Shown: positions 48,112 through 56,881 of the stretch, in pieces
Numbering within the stretch: the first letter of the stretch is position 1
How the letters are laid out: every line of letters starts with the position of its first letter
Made by a program: the position numbers and the translations under genes
From: an uncultured Gammaproteobacteria bacterium
Lineage (GTDB): Bacteria > Pseudomonadota > Gammaproteobacteria > Steroidobacterales > BM003
NCBI GenBank assembly: GCA_963783695.1
Contig: CAWAOM010000001.1
Coordinates: 481,938-545,937, forward strand
DNA length: 64,000 nucleotides
Direction: 5' to 3'
Notes under the pieces: generated by a model
Told to the model about the DNA's origin: nothing
Databases searched by the model: none
The model's input: only the letters and a program-made list of their open reading frames with translations

Positions 48112-49986
48112 ATGAAAAATATTGTCGCGATCTGGCGCCGTGTGGGAACAGACTTTGTGTTTGCATGGCGCGCCCTGTTTGCGACCGATGTTCTCTACAA
48201 ACTGCTTGCTTTGGCGGCGCTGGTGCCGCTGGTTGCCGTAATGCTGAGGCTGTTCCTGCATCTGTCCGGGGATGTGGTCAAGGCGGATCAGGACATCCTG
48301 TTCTTCATACTGAGCCCGCTTGGCATCGTGACCTTTATAGTCATTGGCGCGGGTCTTGTCACCGTGCTTGCGATGGAAACAGCGTGTCTGTTGTGTATCG
48401 CCCGGGCAGCGCGACGGCGCCTGCATTTACCGGTCCTGGCGGCACTCCGGTTTACGTTGTCACGGGCACACGCAGTATTGCGGGTGACTGCGAGACTGGT
48501 GGTCCGATTTCTGGTGCTTGCGCTGCCTTTTCTGGCGCTTGCCGCGCTGATTGTCTTCTGGCTGCTCAGCGAGCACGACATCAATTTCTATCTTGCGGAA
48601 AAGCCACCGGCATTTCTACTCGCCGTGGCCTGCGTTGGGTTTGTCCTTCTGGTGCTGGCAATTGTCGTGATACGCAAGCTCGCCTCGTGGTTTTTTGTTT
48701 TGCCGCTGGTAATGTTCGAGGGATTCTCGCCTGCGGCAAGCTTTGCTGAAAGTGAACGACGCACGGCGGGCCAGCGTCGCGAAATCGCGTTTCTGGTTGC
48801 TTCCTGGTTTGTGGTTTTTGCCATGTTGTCGAGCATGTTGCTCGGCCTCGTGGGGGAAGGCGCCGCGATTGCGACAGGCCTTTCCGGGGACCGGGTGCCA
48901 ATGCTCGTCACTGCGCTGGCCGTCGTGCTCTTCGCCTGGTTTGCGGCAAGCCTGTTGCTCAACCTTCTGACCAACTGTTTTTTTGCTTTGTTTGTCGCAG
49001 ACCGGTATTTCGACTCAGCCGACAGCGACGGGCGGGTCGTTGCGAAACTCGATGCCGATGCGGCGACGCAAACGGGGCCGCTTGCTGCCCGGGCCGTGAC
49101 TTTTATCGTCGTGCTCGTAACCCTCATAGCGGTTGGGGCGGGTCTGATATTGCTGCGTGGGGTACAGATTACGAAACCCGTGACAGTGGTGGCCCATCGT
49201 GGCGCGGCCGGGCATGCGCCGGAAAACACAATGGCGGCTATCGAAACCGCGATAGAAATGGGCGCCGACTCGGTTGAGATAGATGTACAGGAAACGTCCG
49301 ACGGTGTTGTTGTAGTCATCCACGACAGCGATCTGATGAGAATTGGTGGCGTGCCGCTCAAGGTCTGGGATGCTAACTACGCCGAGATTTCGTCGCACGA
49401 CGTCGGCAGCCGCTATGGCGGCGAATTTGCCGACCAACGGGTGCCTACTCTCGATGAAGTGCTCGAGCTGGTGGATGGACGGGCGCGGCTGACAATCGAA
49501 CTCAAATACTATGGTCACGATCAGAATCTCGAACAACGCGTGATCGATCTCGTCGAGGCGCGCGGCATGGCATCCGAGGTCGTCGTGATCTCGCTCAAAT
49601 ACGCGGCGTTGCAAAAGATCCGGGCGCTGCGCCCGGAGTGGAGACTGGGTCTGCTCACCGCGCGCGCGATGGGTGACCTGACCCGGGTTGATGTCGATTT
49701 CCTTGCCGTCAACGTCGGTATGGCGTCGAGACGTTTCATTCGCCGTGCCCACGCCGCCGGCAAAGAAGTCTATGTATGGACTGCCAACGATGCCGGCACT
49801 CTGTCGAAAATGATCAGCCACGGCGTCGATGGGCTGATAACCGACTATCCTGATCTCGCCCGCGGCGTACTCCGCCAGCGCGACGGACTGGGCAGTGTTG
49901 AGCGACTGATGCTCGATCTCGGCCTGTACTTTGGCCTCGACCCCGCGCCGGTCGATATTGCCGCTGAGACGGCTGGCGAGTACTAA
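48112..49986 (+). CDS. Membrane-anchored glycerophosphodiester phosphodiesterase family protein
   Basis: N-terminal multi-TM domain (~330 aa) followed by a GDPD domain VVAHRGAAGHAPENTMAAIETAIEMGADSVEIDVQETSDGVVVVIHD. ATG at 48112. Confidence 0.88.
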   Translation: MKNIVAIWRRVGTDFVFAWRALFATDVLYKLLALAALVPLVAVMLRLFLHLSGDVVKADQDILFFILSPLGIVTFIVIGAGLVTVLAMETACLLCIARAARRRLHLPVLAALRFTLSRAHAVLRVTARLVVRFLVLALPFLALAALIVFWLLSEHDINFYLAEKPPAFLLAVACVGFVLLVLAIVVIRKLASWFFVLPLVMFEGFSPAASFAESERRTAGQRREIAFLVASWFVVFAMLSSMLLGLVGEGAAIATGLSGDRVPMLVTALAVVLFAWFAASLLLNLLTNCFFALFVADRYFDSADSDGRVVAKLDADAATQTGPLAARAVTFIVVLVTLIAVGAGLILLRGVQITKPVTVVAHRGAAGHAPENTMAAIETAIEMGADSVEIDVQETSDGVVVVIHDSDLMRIGGVPLKVWDANYAEISSHDVGSRYGGEFADQRVPTLDEVLELVDGRARLTIELKYYGHDQNLEQRVIDLVEARGMASEVVVISLKYAALQKIRALRPEWRLGLLTARAMGDLTRVDVDFLAVNVGMASRRFIRRAHAAGKEVYVWTANDAGTLSKMISHGVDGLITDYPDLARGVLRQRDGLGSVERLMLDLGLYFGLDPAPVDIAAETAGEY

Positions 49987-50330
49987 ACCGCGCTGTAGCA
50001 TCCAGATCCCGCGCCGCCCTCTCCGGGCACGTTGACCCGTTTTATTCCCCCTAATTGGCAGTACGTAGAAGTCCGTAATCGCCTTGTAACTTCACCCTAT
50101 TGCGAAGATTGCTGCAGCGCGGAAAATGCGTCCTGAGCATACATGAAGAAAAGTTAATTTAGTTAAACCTAAATAAGAATTATTCGCAACTACGCAAATG
50201 AGAACCAAAGGTAAACAGGGGCCGGCCCTATCGGCCCGGGCTTGCGCAAACAGAGGATCGCGGGTTCGCCGGATTGAATGCCAGACCGGTTCGCCCATTG
50301 GTAAAACTTCTCAACTTGGGGGTTATTAGC

Positions 50331-51986
50331 ATGAACGCACTGAGGCAAGGGAAATTCCGGCTTGCCACGCTCATTTCCATTGCCATATTCGCTTTCGCCG
50401 TGGCCGGTTGCGACGATGGTGACGATGGTAATGACGGGCCGCCTGGACCAGCCGGTGCAGACGGTTCTGATGGGGTGGCCTGTTGGGACCTCAACGAGAA
50501 CGGTGTGGGGGATCTTCCGGATGAAGATCTCAACGGCGATGGCGTCGTCGACGTCTTAGATTGCAACGCATTGGCGAGCGGGGCCTACGATGCCGAGGCA
50601 CTGCACACGGGCTATTTCACCGAGAAACCTTATGAAGGCACGCAGTCGTGCCTGAATTGCCATGGCGACGATCGGCGACGACATGCTTGGCAAGGCCCAT
50701 TTCACCTGGAAGGGCGCTGCGTCAGGGGATCAAAGGCTTCGAGGCTGATCGGCACGGCAAGACCGATCTGATCAACAATTTCTGCATTGCGGTCCCGAGT
50801 AACGAGGGCCGTTGCAGCCAGTGCCATGCCGGTTACGGTATACGCTGACGATTCGTTCTATTTTCGGCGATCCGCAAAGCGGTGGACTGCCTGGTCTGCC
50901 ATGACCAGTCCGGTACCTACAAGAAGGCAACGACCACCGCCGGTCTGCCCGAGGAAACGGCGTTGATCTGCAGATGGTTGCGCGCAGCGTTGCGCAAAAT
51001 GGCGGTGTCCCGACCATCAATAACTGCATCGACTGCCATGCCAAAGCCGGTGGCGGAGACAACGTCAAGCACGGCGATCTGGCGCTGTCGCTGGCCGAAA
51101 CCACGCGCGAATACGATGTCCACATGGGCACCGATGGCGGCGATTTTGAATGCGTTGCCTGCCACCAGGTCAAAAGGACGGCCGATGGTGCACAGATCGA
51201 TCACGGGATCGGTGGCCAGGAGTATCCATTCGCTTGACCAGGGCGAAGATGGAAGACCTGCATGGATTGCCACGGCGATCGCGCCAACATCCATGCCGGT
51301 AAATCTGTAGAAGGGATTGTAAGCCTGCATACGACGCTTGCCTGCCAGGTGTGCCATATCCCGGCAATTGCGCGTGAAACGTCGACTAAGACCGAATGGT
51401 ACTGGGAAACGGCGGGGCAGGACATCCCGGCGGAAGATATCCCGAAGTCCGAGGACGGACGTAGACATGTACGACAAGAAGAAGGGCAACTTCGTCTGGA
51501 CCAAGAACGTTCGTCCCGAACTTCTCTACCATGACGGCGAGTGGAACCGCATGATGATCAACACCAACGAGCAGTACACGAGCGTGCCGGTCGATCTCGG
51601 TTCCCCCTCGGCCGACTACAACACGCCGGGTGCGATGATCTATCCGTTCAAGAGGATGATCGGCAACCAGGTCGCCGACGCCGGCAACAACACGATGCTG
51701 GTGCCGCACCTGTTTGGCCCGAAAGGCGGGCCCAACCCGTACTGGAAGGTTTTCGACTGGGATCTCGCGCTGCAGGACGGCGCCGCCTATACCGGTCAAA
51801 CCTACACGGGTGCGTTCGAGTTCGTGGACACCTTTATGTACCTGTCAGTCAACCATGAAGTGGCGCCGAAAGAACAGGCGTATCGGTAACGACGGCGCCT
51901 GTGGTGATTGCCATGGCGACGACAAGATCGATTGGGCCGCCCTTGGCTGGGATAACGACCCGGTTCAAGGTGGAACCCGGCCGTAA
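50331..51986 (+). pseudogene. Octahaem c-type cytochrome lipoprotein (tetrathionate-reductase/Otr-like family), disrupted by multiple frameshifts and in-frame stops
   Basis: Lipobox FAVAGC after the ATG at 50331. There are eight CXXCH motifs, spread over three frames: 50649 (frame 0), 50813 (2), 50888 (2), 51025 (1), 51151 (1), 51259 (1), 51343 (1), 51900 (0). Coding pieces lie in ORFs 50274-50771, 50648-50848, 50882-51310, 50974-51237, 51262-51534, 51338-51889 and 51714-51986. Confidence 0.8.
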
Positions 51987-52013
51987 CCAACCCCAGGCAT
52001 AGCCTGATCAACC

Positions 52014-52047
52014 GGCGCCCGCGACAAAATCGCGGGCGCCTTTTTTT
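52014..52047 (+). terminator. Rho-independent terminator after the cytochrome gene
   Basis: Perfect 11-bp GC-rich stem ggcgcccgcga/tcgcgggcgcc with loop caaaa, followed by ttttttt. Confidence 0.85.
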
Positions 52048-52208
52048 GTGGCCAGGGCACTGCGATCCTGGTGGGCACAAAGATCGCTATATGTCGCCTT
52101 GACGACATTATCGGCGTGCCGGAGTGTGTACGATCCTCGCGTTATTGCATGATGGCGTTTAGCGGGTCACACCCCTCCAGACTGAAAGGACTTAGCAGCG
52201 GCGCCGAT

Positions 52209-52232
52209 GGGGACAGGACGTCCCCTTTTTTT
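52209..52232 (+). terminator. Second, orphan Rho-independent terminator-like hairpin
   Basis: Stem ggggac/gtcccc with loop aggac, followed by ttttttt. No credible ORF ends just upstream. Confidence 0.55.
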
Positions 52233-52290
52233 ATGCGTGATTTCCGGTTGCATTGGTCCGCTGAATGCTCGTGGCAGGGCCCCGCATTGT

Positions 52291-52863
52291 TCAGGAGCCG
52301 CCGGGCCGTTGCACGTAGCTCTGAAAGCCCACGTCGTCGGTACCGCTGAGCGACAACGACACCCAGTTCGAATTGACGTCATCCATCGCCCATCCTCGGC
52401 CACCAGGATAAGAGTCGACGGGAACGCCAGGAAGAATGCCGCAGGATCCTGTCGGGTTACTCAGCACGAGTGCCAGTTGATCTCCGGCGCTAACGCGAAC
52501 GCGGCCGCCAAACGAAATCGAGGTGAGATCAGTGCTGACGATTTCAGGGAAGTGTCCCGCGCGATATCTCCGTGTCGCGATTACATTCGATCCGGGCACG
52601 CCCGAACTCGCGTCGATGTCGCGAATTTCTGCGATGAGTCTTCCGGACTCACAACCGACTGGCACGCGAATTTCCGTAAGCCGGCCGTCAAGGCCGACGG
52701 TTAGCGTCTGTGCGATCGCTTGCGCGTAAAGGCCACCAATGGCAAAAGTCGAAGGTGCCGCAGGGTCTCCCGGGTTTTGTTGATCGAGAACCGGCGCCGC
52801 GGCATAGACCGGGGCCGCCGCCAGTGCGCCGAGAACTGCGAGTCTGGCCAATTTGTTTTTCAT
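52291..52863 (-). CDS. Secreted hypothetical protein (190 aa)
   Basis: Clear signal peptide MKNKLARLAVLGALAAAPVYAAAP. The coding frame has no competing annotation. No recognisable domain. Confidence 0.6.
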   Translation of the reverse strand: MKNKLARLAVLGALAAAPVYAAAPVLDQQNPGDPAAPSTFAIGGLYAQAIAQTLTVGLDGRLTEIRVPVGCESGRLIAEIRDIDASSGVPGSNVIATRRYRAGHFPEIVSTDLTSISFGGRVRVSAGDQLALVLSNPTGSCGILPGVPVDSYPGGRGWAMDDVNSNWVSLSLSGTDDVGFQSYVQRPGGS

Positions 52864-53147
52864 GGACGTTATCTCCCAGGCGGAATCGAGGTTCCTCTCT
52901 CTAGAAGATGTAGACCAGTTTTACCGTGTTCGCCAGCTGGATATTTTTTTTGCTTCAGTGCATTAACAAGTGCATTTGCATGGAGTTGGACCGCACAGGC
53001 CACGCCGGTGGCGGCAGCCAATAGCGATGCTGCCTGCGGATATCTTGCGCAGAAAATTGACCAGATCCGCAAAAACCGGCGGGCATCGAGCCGATTCGCT
53101 CAAATGCCCGCCGGGTCAAGGTCTGGCCTGAAAACCGGCCGGGCGTA

Positions 53148-53342
53148 TTACTTGCCCTTCAATACGTCGGCCGCCTTGTCGACGAGGTCCGCAGCGGAAT
53201 CGCTGATCGATTCCACTGCATCCTTGACACTGCCAGTAGCCTGCTGCGTCTTGCCTTCGGCTTTCATTTTGTCATCGTCGAGCAATACGCCGCCCGCTTC
53301 CTTGAGTTTGCCTTCCATTTTGTCGACCGTTCCGCTTGACAT
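53148..53342 (-). CDS. CsbD-family stress-response protein
   Basis: MSSGTVDKMEGKLKEAGG...KAEGKTQQATGSVKDA is the typical CsbD repeat pattern. Alternative upstream ATGs at 53354 and 53378. Confidence 0.8.
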   Translation of the reverse strand: MSSGTVDKMEGKLKEAGGVLLDDDKMKAEGKTQQATGSVKDAVESISDSAADLVDKAADVLKGK

Positions 53343-53518
53343 AGCTCGCTCCATTGAAGTTTGTGAAAAATAGCGCACTCGACAATTAACATCGAGCGGG
53401 GTGTACGGTAGCGGGTTCGTCAGCCTTTCGCAGATGGATGCCGACTTGCCCGGATCGCTATGCTCCGATCGGGCCGCATGTCCCTTCGCGCCGGAGGTTG
53501 CGTGACTCGTTATCCCTG

Positions 53519-53827
53519 TCAGGCCTTGCTCCAGCTCACGCTGTGGCCACCTTCCGCCGCGCGGCGGAGAAGCTCTATCAACGGAAACGCGCGCTGGTGC
53601 AGTGAAACCGGTGATTTCTTTTCCGGGTCCTCTTCATCTTCGTCCGCCTCGGGCGCCTCCGGCGCATCGGCGACGGCTTTTTCCAGCCGGGCGAGTGCCG
53701 TTGGAATGTCCTCGGCAAGAATTGCGCTGGGGATCGTCCCGCTGTGGCCCATCATGTGGAGCAGCGTTTCGGCGGTTTCTTCGAACATTGAAAAACTGCC
53801 GACATGGCTGTCAAATTTTACAAGCAT
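53519..53827 (-). CDS. DUF1840-like small protein
   Basis: MLVKFDSHVGSFSMFEETAETLLHMMGHSG...acidic linker...VSLHQRAFPLIELLRRA resembles DUF1840 proteins as recalled. Unverified. Confidence 0.5.
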   Translation of the reverse strand: MLVKFDSHVGSFSMFEETAETLLHMMGHSGTIPSAILAEDIPTALARLEKAVADAPEAPEADEDEEDPEKKSPVSLHQRAFPLIELLRRAAEGGHSVSWSKA

Positions 53828-53855
53828 GTTTCCCTTTGCCTCCTGAATTGAACGG

Positions 53856-53887
53856 AAAAAGCCGCAAGCTGACGCTGGCAGTTGCGG
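53856..53887 (-). terminator. Putative terminator after the WS/DGAT gene
   Basis: On the minus strand: ccgcaa-N14-ttgcgg followed by cttttt. An alternative 9-bp stem gctggcagt/actgccagc overlaps it. Confidence 0.4.
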
Positions 53888-53941
53888 TTTCGGATAAGCG
53901 ACTGCCAGCCATTGTCGTCGGTCTTCGATTCGATAGCGTTG

Positions 53942-55345
53942 CTATTTTGCGTCGCGCACTCGCGGCGTGAAAACGGCCTGCTCGAGTTCGACAAATGCGT
54001 CTTCGATATAGGTGGCAAGCTTGGCGACATCGCGCAGTTCGCGGGTGGCCAGCAGACCGAAGTGCAAGGTGCCGGCATAGCTGTAAAGCGTGATATTTAA
54101 ATGATTGCCCGGCATCAGCGTACTGACGGGACACATCTCCGTCATTCGCGCGCCTTTGAGATATAGCGGCTTGCGCGGCCCCGGAACATTGGACACGAGG
54201 GTATCGCTGATCGGTGGCAGAACGTTGTTGAGCTTGAGCATTTCGGTCAGCTGAGCGGCGACGCCAAGAAGAATCGAATACTGTGCTACCGCCGCCGGGG
54301 GCACGCCGTCAATCTGGTTGCGGACGTTACGCAACGTGAAGCCGATCTCACGCAGGCGCTGGTAGGGGTCGTCCGTTCGATTGGCGAGTTCGACCGTCAC
54401 AATACCGATCTTGTTGCCACCCTTGGAATCGTTTTCATCGCGCAGGTTAACCGGCATCTGGATCGATATCGGACGTCGCAGGTCCGCGCCGCTCTCCGCA
54501 ATGTACCGGTGCAGGGCGCCGTCTATACAGGTCAGCGCAACGTGGTTGAGAGTCGCCCTGCACATATCGCGGATCCTCTGCACCCGATCCATCGAAACAC
54601 TGGCCTTGGCAAACTGGCGCGCAGCAGTGACTTGCCCGGTCAACGGCGTGCGCCCGTCCGAACGGAAGGGCAACGATACCGCGTTCTTGGTCAGTCCGAG
54701 TTGTTCGAGCCCCAGTTGCATCGACAGCTTGGCAATGCCCGCAGTGGTTTTCAGCTGTTCCAGGGAGCCGCGCAGCACGGTGGCAAGCAGGGTTTTCGCA
54801 TCAGTGCCGGCTCGCCGGCTGCGCTTTCCGGGCGAGCTGTGCGACACCCATACCGGGTTGATAGTTTTGGACCTTGGCGACTCGGTCAGGCTATGCGCCG
54901 TCCAGCTCGTCAGCGTAATGCCGTCTGCGTAGGAGTGATGAATTTTGAAATAGATCGCGAAGCGGCCGCCAGCAACACGGTCGATCATATGAAATTGCCA
55001 CAACGGTTTACTGCGATCGAGCATTGGGCCATGTAGTTCGGCTATCAGCTCATACAGGGCGGCGTCGTCCAGCACCTTTTTTGGTCGATGAAAGAACAGA
55101 TGCTGATCGATGTCGAAGTCGGTGCACTGTTGCCATTGCGGGCCACCGAGCGCGGTGAAATTGATTACCTGGTCGAACGGCTCGCCCGGCTCGTCGAATT
55201 CCAGGAATTCCTCGTACAGATTCGCCACGAATCGCGCCGGGCTCTTGGCCGGCCGCTTAAATATCATCAATCCGGCAACGTGCTTCGGGCTATCTTCTGA
55301 TTCCGTGACGAAAAAGGCGAGATCGAGCAGCGACAATTTTTTCAT
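53942..55345 (-). CDS. Wax ester synthase/diacylglycerol acyltransferase (WS/DGAT)
   Basis: Catalytic HHxxxDG motif (KIHHSYADGITL). N-terminal LSLLDLAFF...SPKHVAGL pattern and C-terminal NVPGP motif; 467 aa. Confidence 0.9.
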   Translation of the reverse strand: MKKLSLLDLAFFVTESEDSPKHVAGLMIFKRPAKSPARFVANLYEEFLEFDEPGEPFDQVINFTALGGPQWQQCTDFDIDQHLFFHRPKKVLDDAALYELIAELHGPMLDRSKPLWQFHMIDRVAGGRFAIYFKIHHSYADGITLTSWTAHSLTESPRSKTINPVWVSHSSPGKRSRRAGTDAKTLLATVLRGSLEQLKTTAGIAKLSMQLGLEQLGLTKNAVSLPFRSDGRTPLTGQVTAARQFAKASVSMDRVQRIRDMCRATLNHVALTCIDGALHRYIAESGADLRRPISIQMPVNLRDENDSKGGNKIGIVTVELANRTDDPYQRLREIGFTLRNVRNQIDGVPPAAVAQYSILLGVAAQLTEMLKLNNVLPPISDTLVSNVPGPRKPLYLKGARMTEMCPVSTLMPGNHLNITLYSYAGTLHFGLLATRELRDVAKLATYIEDAFVELEQAVFTPRVRDAK

Positions 55346-55607
55346 TTATAGAGGTCCATCAGGTTCGTTTTGTGAGCGGCCCCGGCATGACCGGCTGGCG
55401 TATGTTATCTATTCTAGCGGCGAATCGGGACGCCGACAGGTTAGCGGCTGGTTACGAGCCGGATCGCAATGCCGCCGGAATCGTCCCGGCGCGATAATTG
55501 CTCCGGCCGGCAAGAGGTTCAGTATCGCATGCGCAACGGCGGCATTGGTCGACGCAGTCCCTAAGAGTATGCGAAAGTAACCGGCTGAACTCTGCGCCAC
55601 CGCCATG

Positions 55608-55636
55608 TTCGAATTCGAATAAGGTCGCGGCGACCT
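55608..55636. promoter_or_regulatory. Two adjacent palindromes upstream of the RND operon (candidate operator)
   Basis: Perfect 12-bp palindrome ttcgaattcgaa (55608-55619) and 7+1+7 palindrome aggtcgc-g-gcgacct (55622-55636), 22 nt before the ATG at 55658. Confidence 0.3.
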
Positions 55637-55657
55637 CGAATTTTAGGGATTTCTCAT

Positions 55658-56869
55658 ATGAAGCGGAAGCTCGCCCGTGTAGCGCTTATTGCATCGATCT
55701 TCCTCGTGGCTATTGTTGGCGCGGGAATGCTGGCCAAGATGAAGCCGCCGCCGGAGAAAAAAGAGAACACCGATGTCGACCTCCTGGTCCAGGTAGCGCC
55801 GCTGAAGACGGAAACGGTGACTTTCACAGTGCAGAGCCAGGGTAATGTCCGGCCCCGTACCGAGACGTTACTGAGTGCCGAGGTGTCCGGCGCGATCGTG
55901 GAGATATCTCCCAAGTTCATTCCGGGTGGAGTTTTTGCAAAAAACGAAGTGTTGATGCGAATTGACCCGACCAACTACCGGGTTGCGGTCGATCAGGCCG
56001 AGGCCGTGCTTGCCCAGCGGCAAATTGAGTACGACGGCGCTGTCAAGCTGCGCAAGCAAGGATACCGCGCCGAGGCGGAGCTGGCTTCGGCCGCGGCGGC
56101 GCTCGAAACCGCCAGGGCCGACCTCGTGCGGGCAAAGCGAAATCTCCAACTGACCGCGATTCGCCTGCCGTACGAGGGCATGGTGCGGAGCAAGGATGCG
56201 GATCTCGGCCAGTATGTGACCGCCGGCAGCCGGCTCGGTGTCACGTTTGCCACCGACTATGCTGAAGTGCGTTTGCCTTTGACCGACCAGGACCTCGCAT
56301 TTGTCGAGCTGCCGGGTGCGGGCCAGATCGAGAAGTCGGGCAGTGCGAGCGGCCCTGAAGTGATTCTGTCTGCGGTCCAGCGCGGCAAGATGCAGCAATG
56401 GAGCGGAAGAATCGTGCGCAGCGAGGGCGTCGTTGACGAGAATACCCGGGTTACCTATGCGGTCGTGCGAATCGAAGATCCTTACCGGCGCCACGCGTCC
56501 GATACTGAATCGACGCCATTGCCGGTTGGCACGTTTGTCTCCGCAGCGGTAGCGGGAAACAGCGCCGAAAACGTGATTCGCGTGCCGCGTTCGGTGATCC
56601 GTGGTAATGGCCAGATCGTGGTCGTCAACGACGACAATCGTCTCGAAATTCGCGACGTCGACATTCTGCGTTCGGATTCGACGCATGCGTATCTCAGCGG
56701 CGGCGTGGCGGCCGGCGAGAGAATTGCAGTGACCTCCATTGAAAACCCGATCAACGGCATGCGGGTACGAACCGGCGACGCGGACGAGGATGCGGGCGTC
56801 GAAGACGACGGTACCGAGTTGGCGACGGGCGAAGGGGTGGATGAAACCGTCGCCAAGGGCGATGAATAA
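55658..56869 (+). CDS. RND efflux periplasmic adaptor (membrane fusion protein)
   Basis: N-terminal anchor, barrel-sandwich/hairpin pattern (AEVSGAIVEI...coiled-coil AQRQIEYDGAV...LETARADLVRAKRNL...IRLPYEGMV). Immediately upstream of the RND permease. Confidence 0.9.
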   Translation: MKRKLARVALIASIFLVAIVGAGMLAKMKPPPEKKENTDVDLLVQVAPLKTETVTFTVQSQGNVRPRTETLLSAEVSGAIVEISPKFIPGGVFAKNEVLMRIDPTNYRVAVDQAEAVLAQRQIEYDGAVKLRKQGYRAEAELASAAAALETARADLVRAKRNLQLTAIRLPYEGMVRSKDADLGQYVTAGSRLGVTFATDYAEVRLPLTDQDLAFVELPGAGQIEKSGSASGPEVILSAVQRGKMQQWSGRIVRSEGVVDENTRVTYAVVRIEDPYRRHASDTESTPLPVGTFVSAAVAGNSAENVIRVPRSVIRGNGQIVVVNDDNRLEIRDVDILRSDSTHAYLSGGVAAGERIAVTSIENPINGMRVRTGDADEDAGVEDDGTELATGEGVDETVAKGDE

Positions 56870-56881
56870 GAGGTTGGCGCG

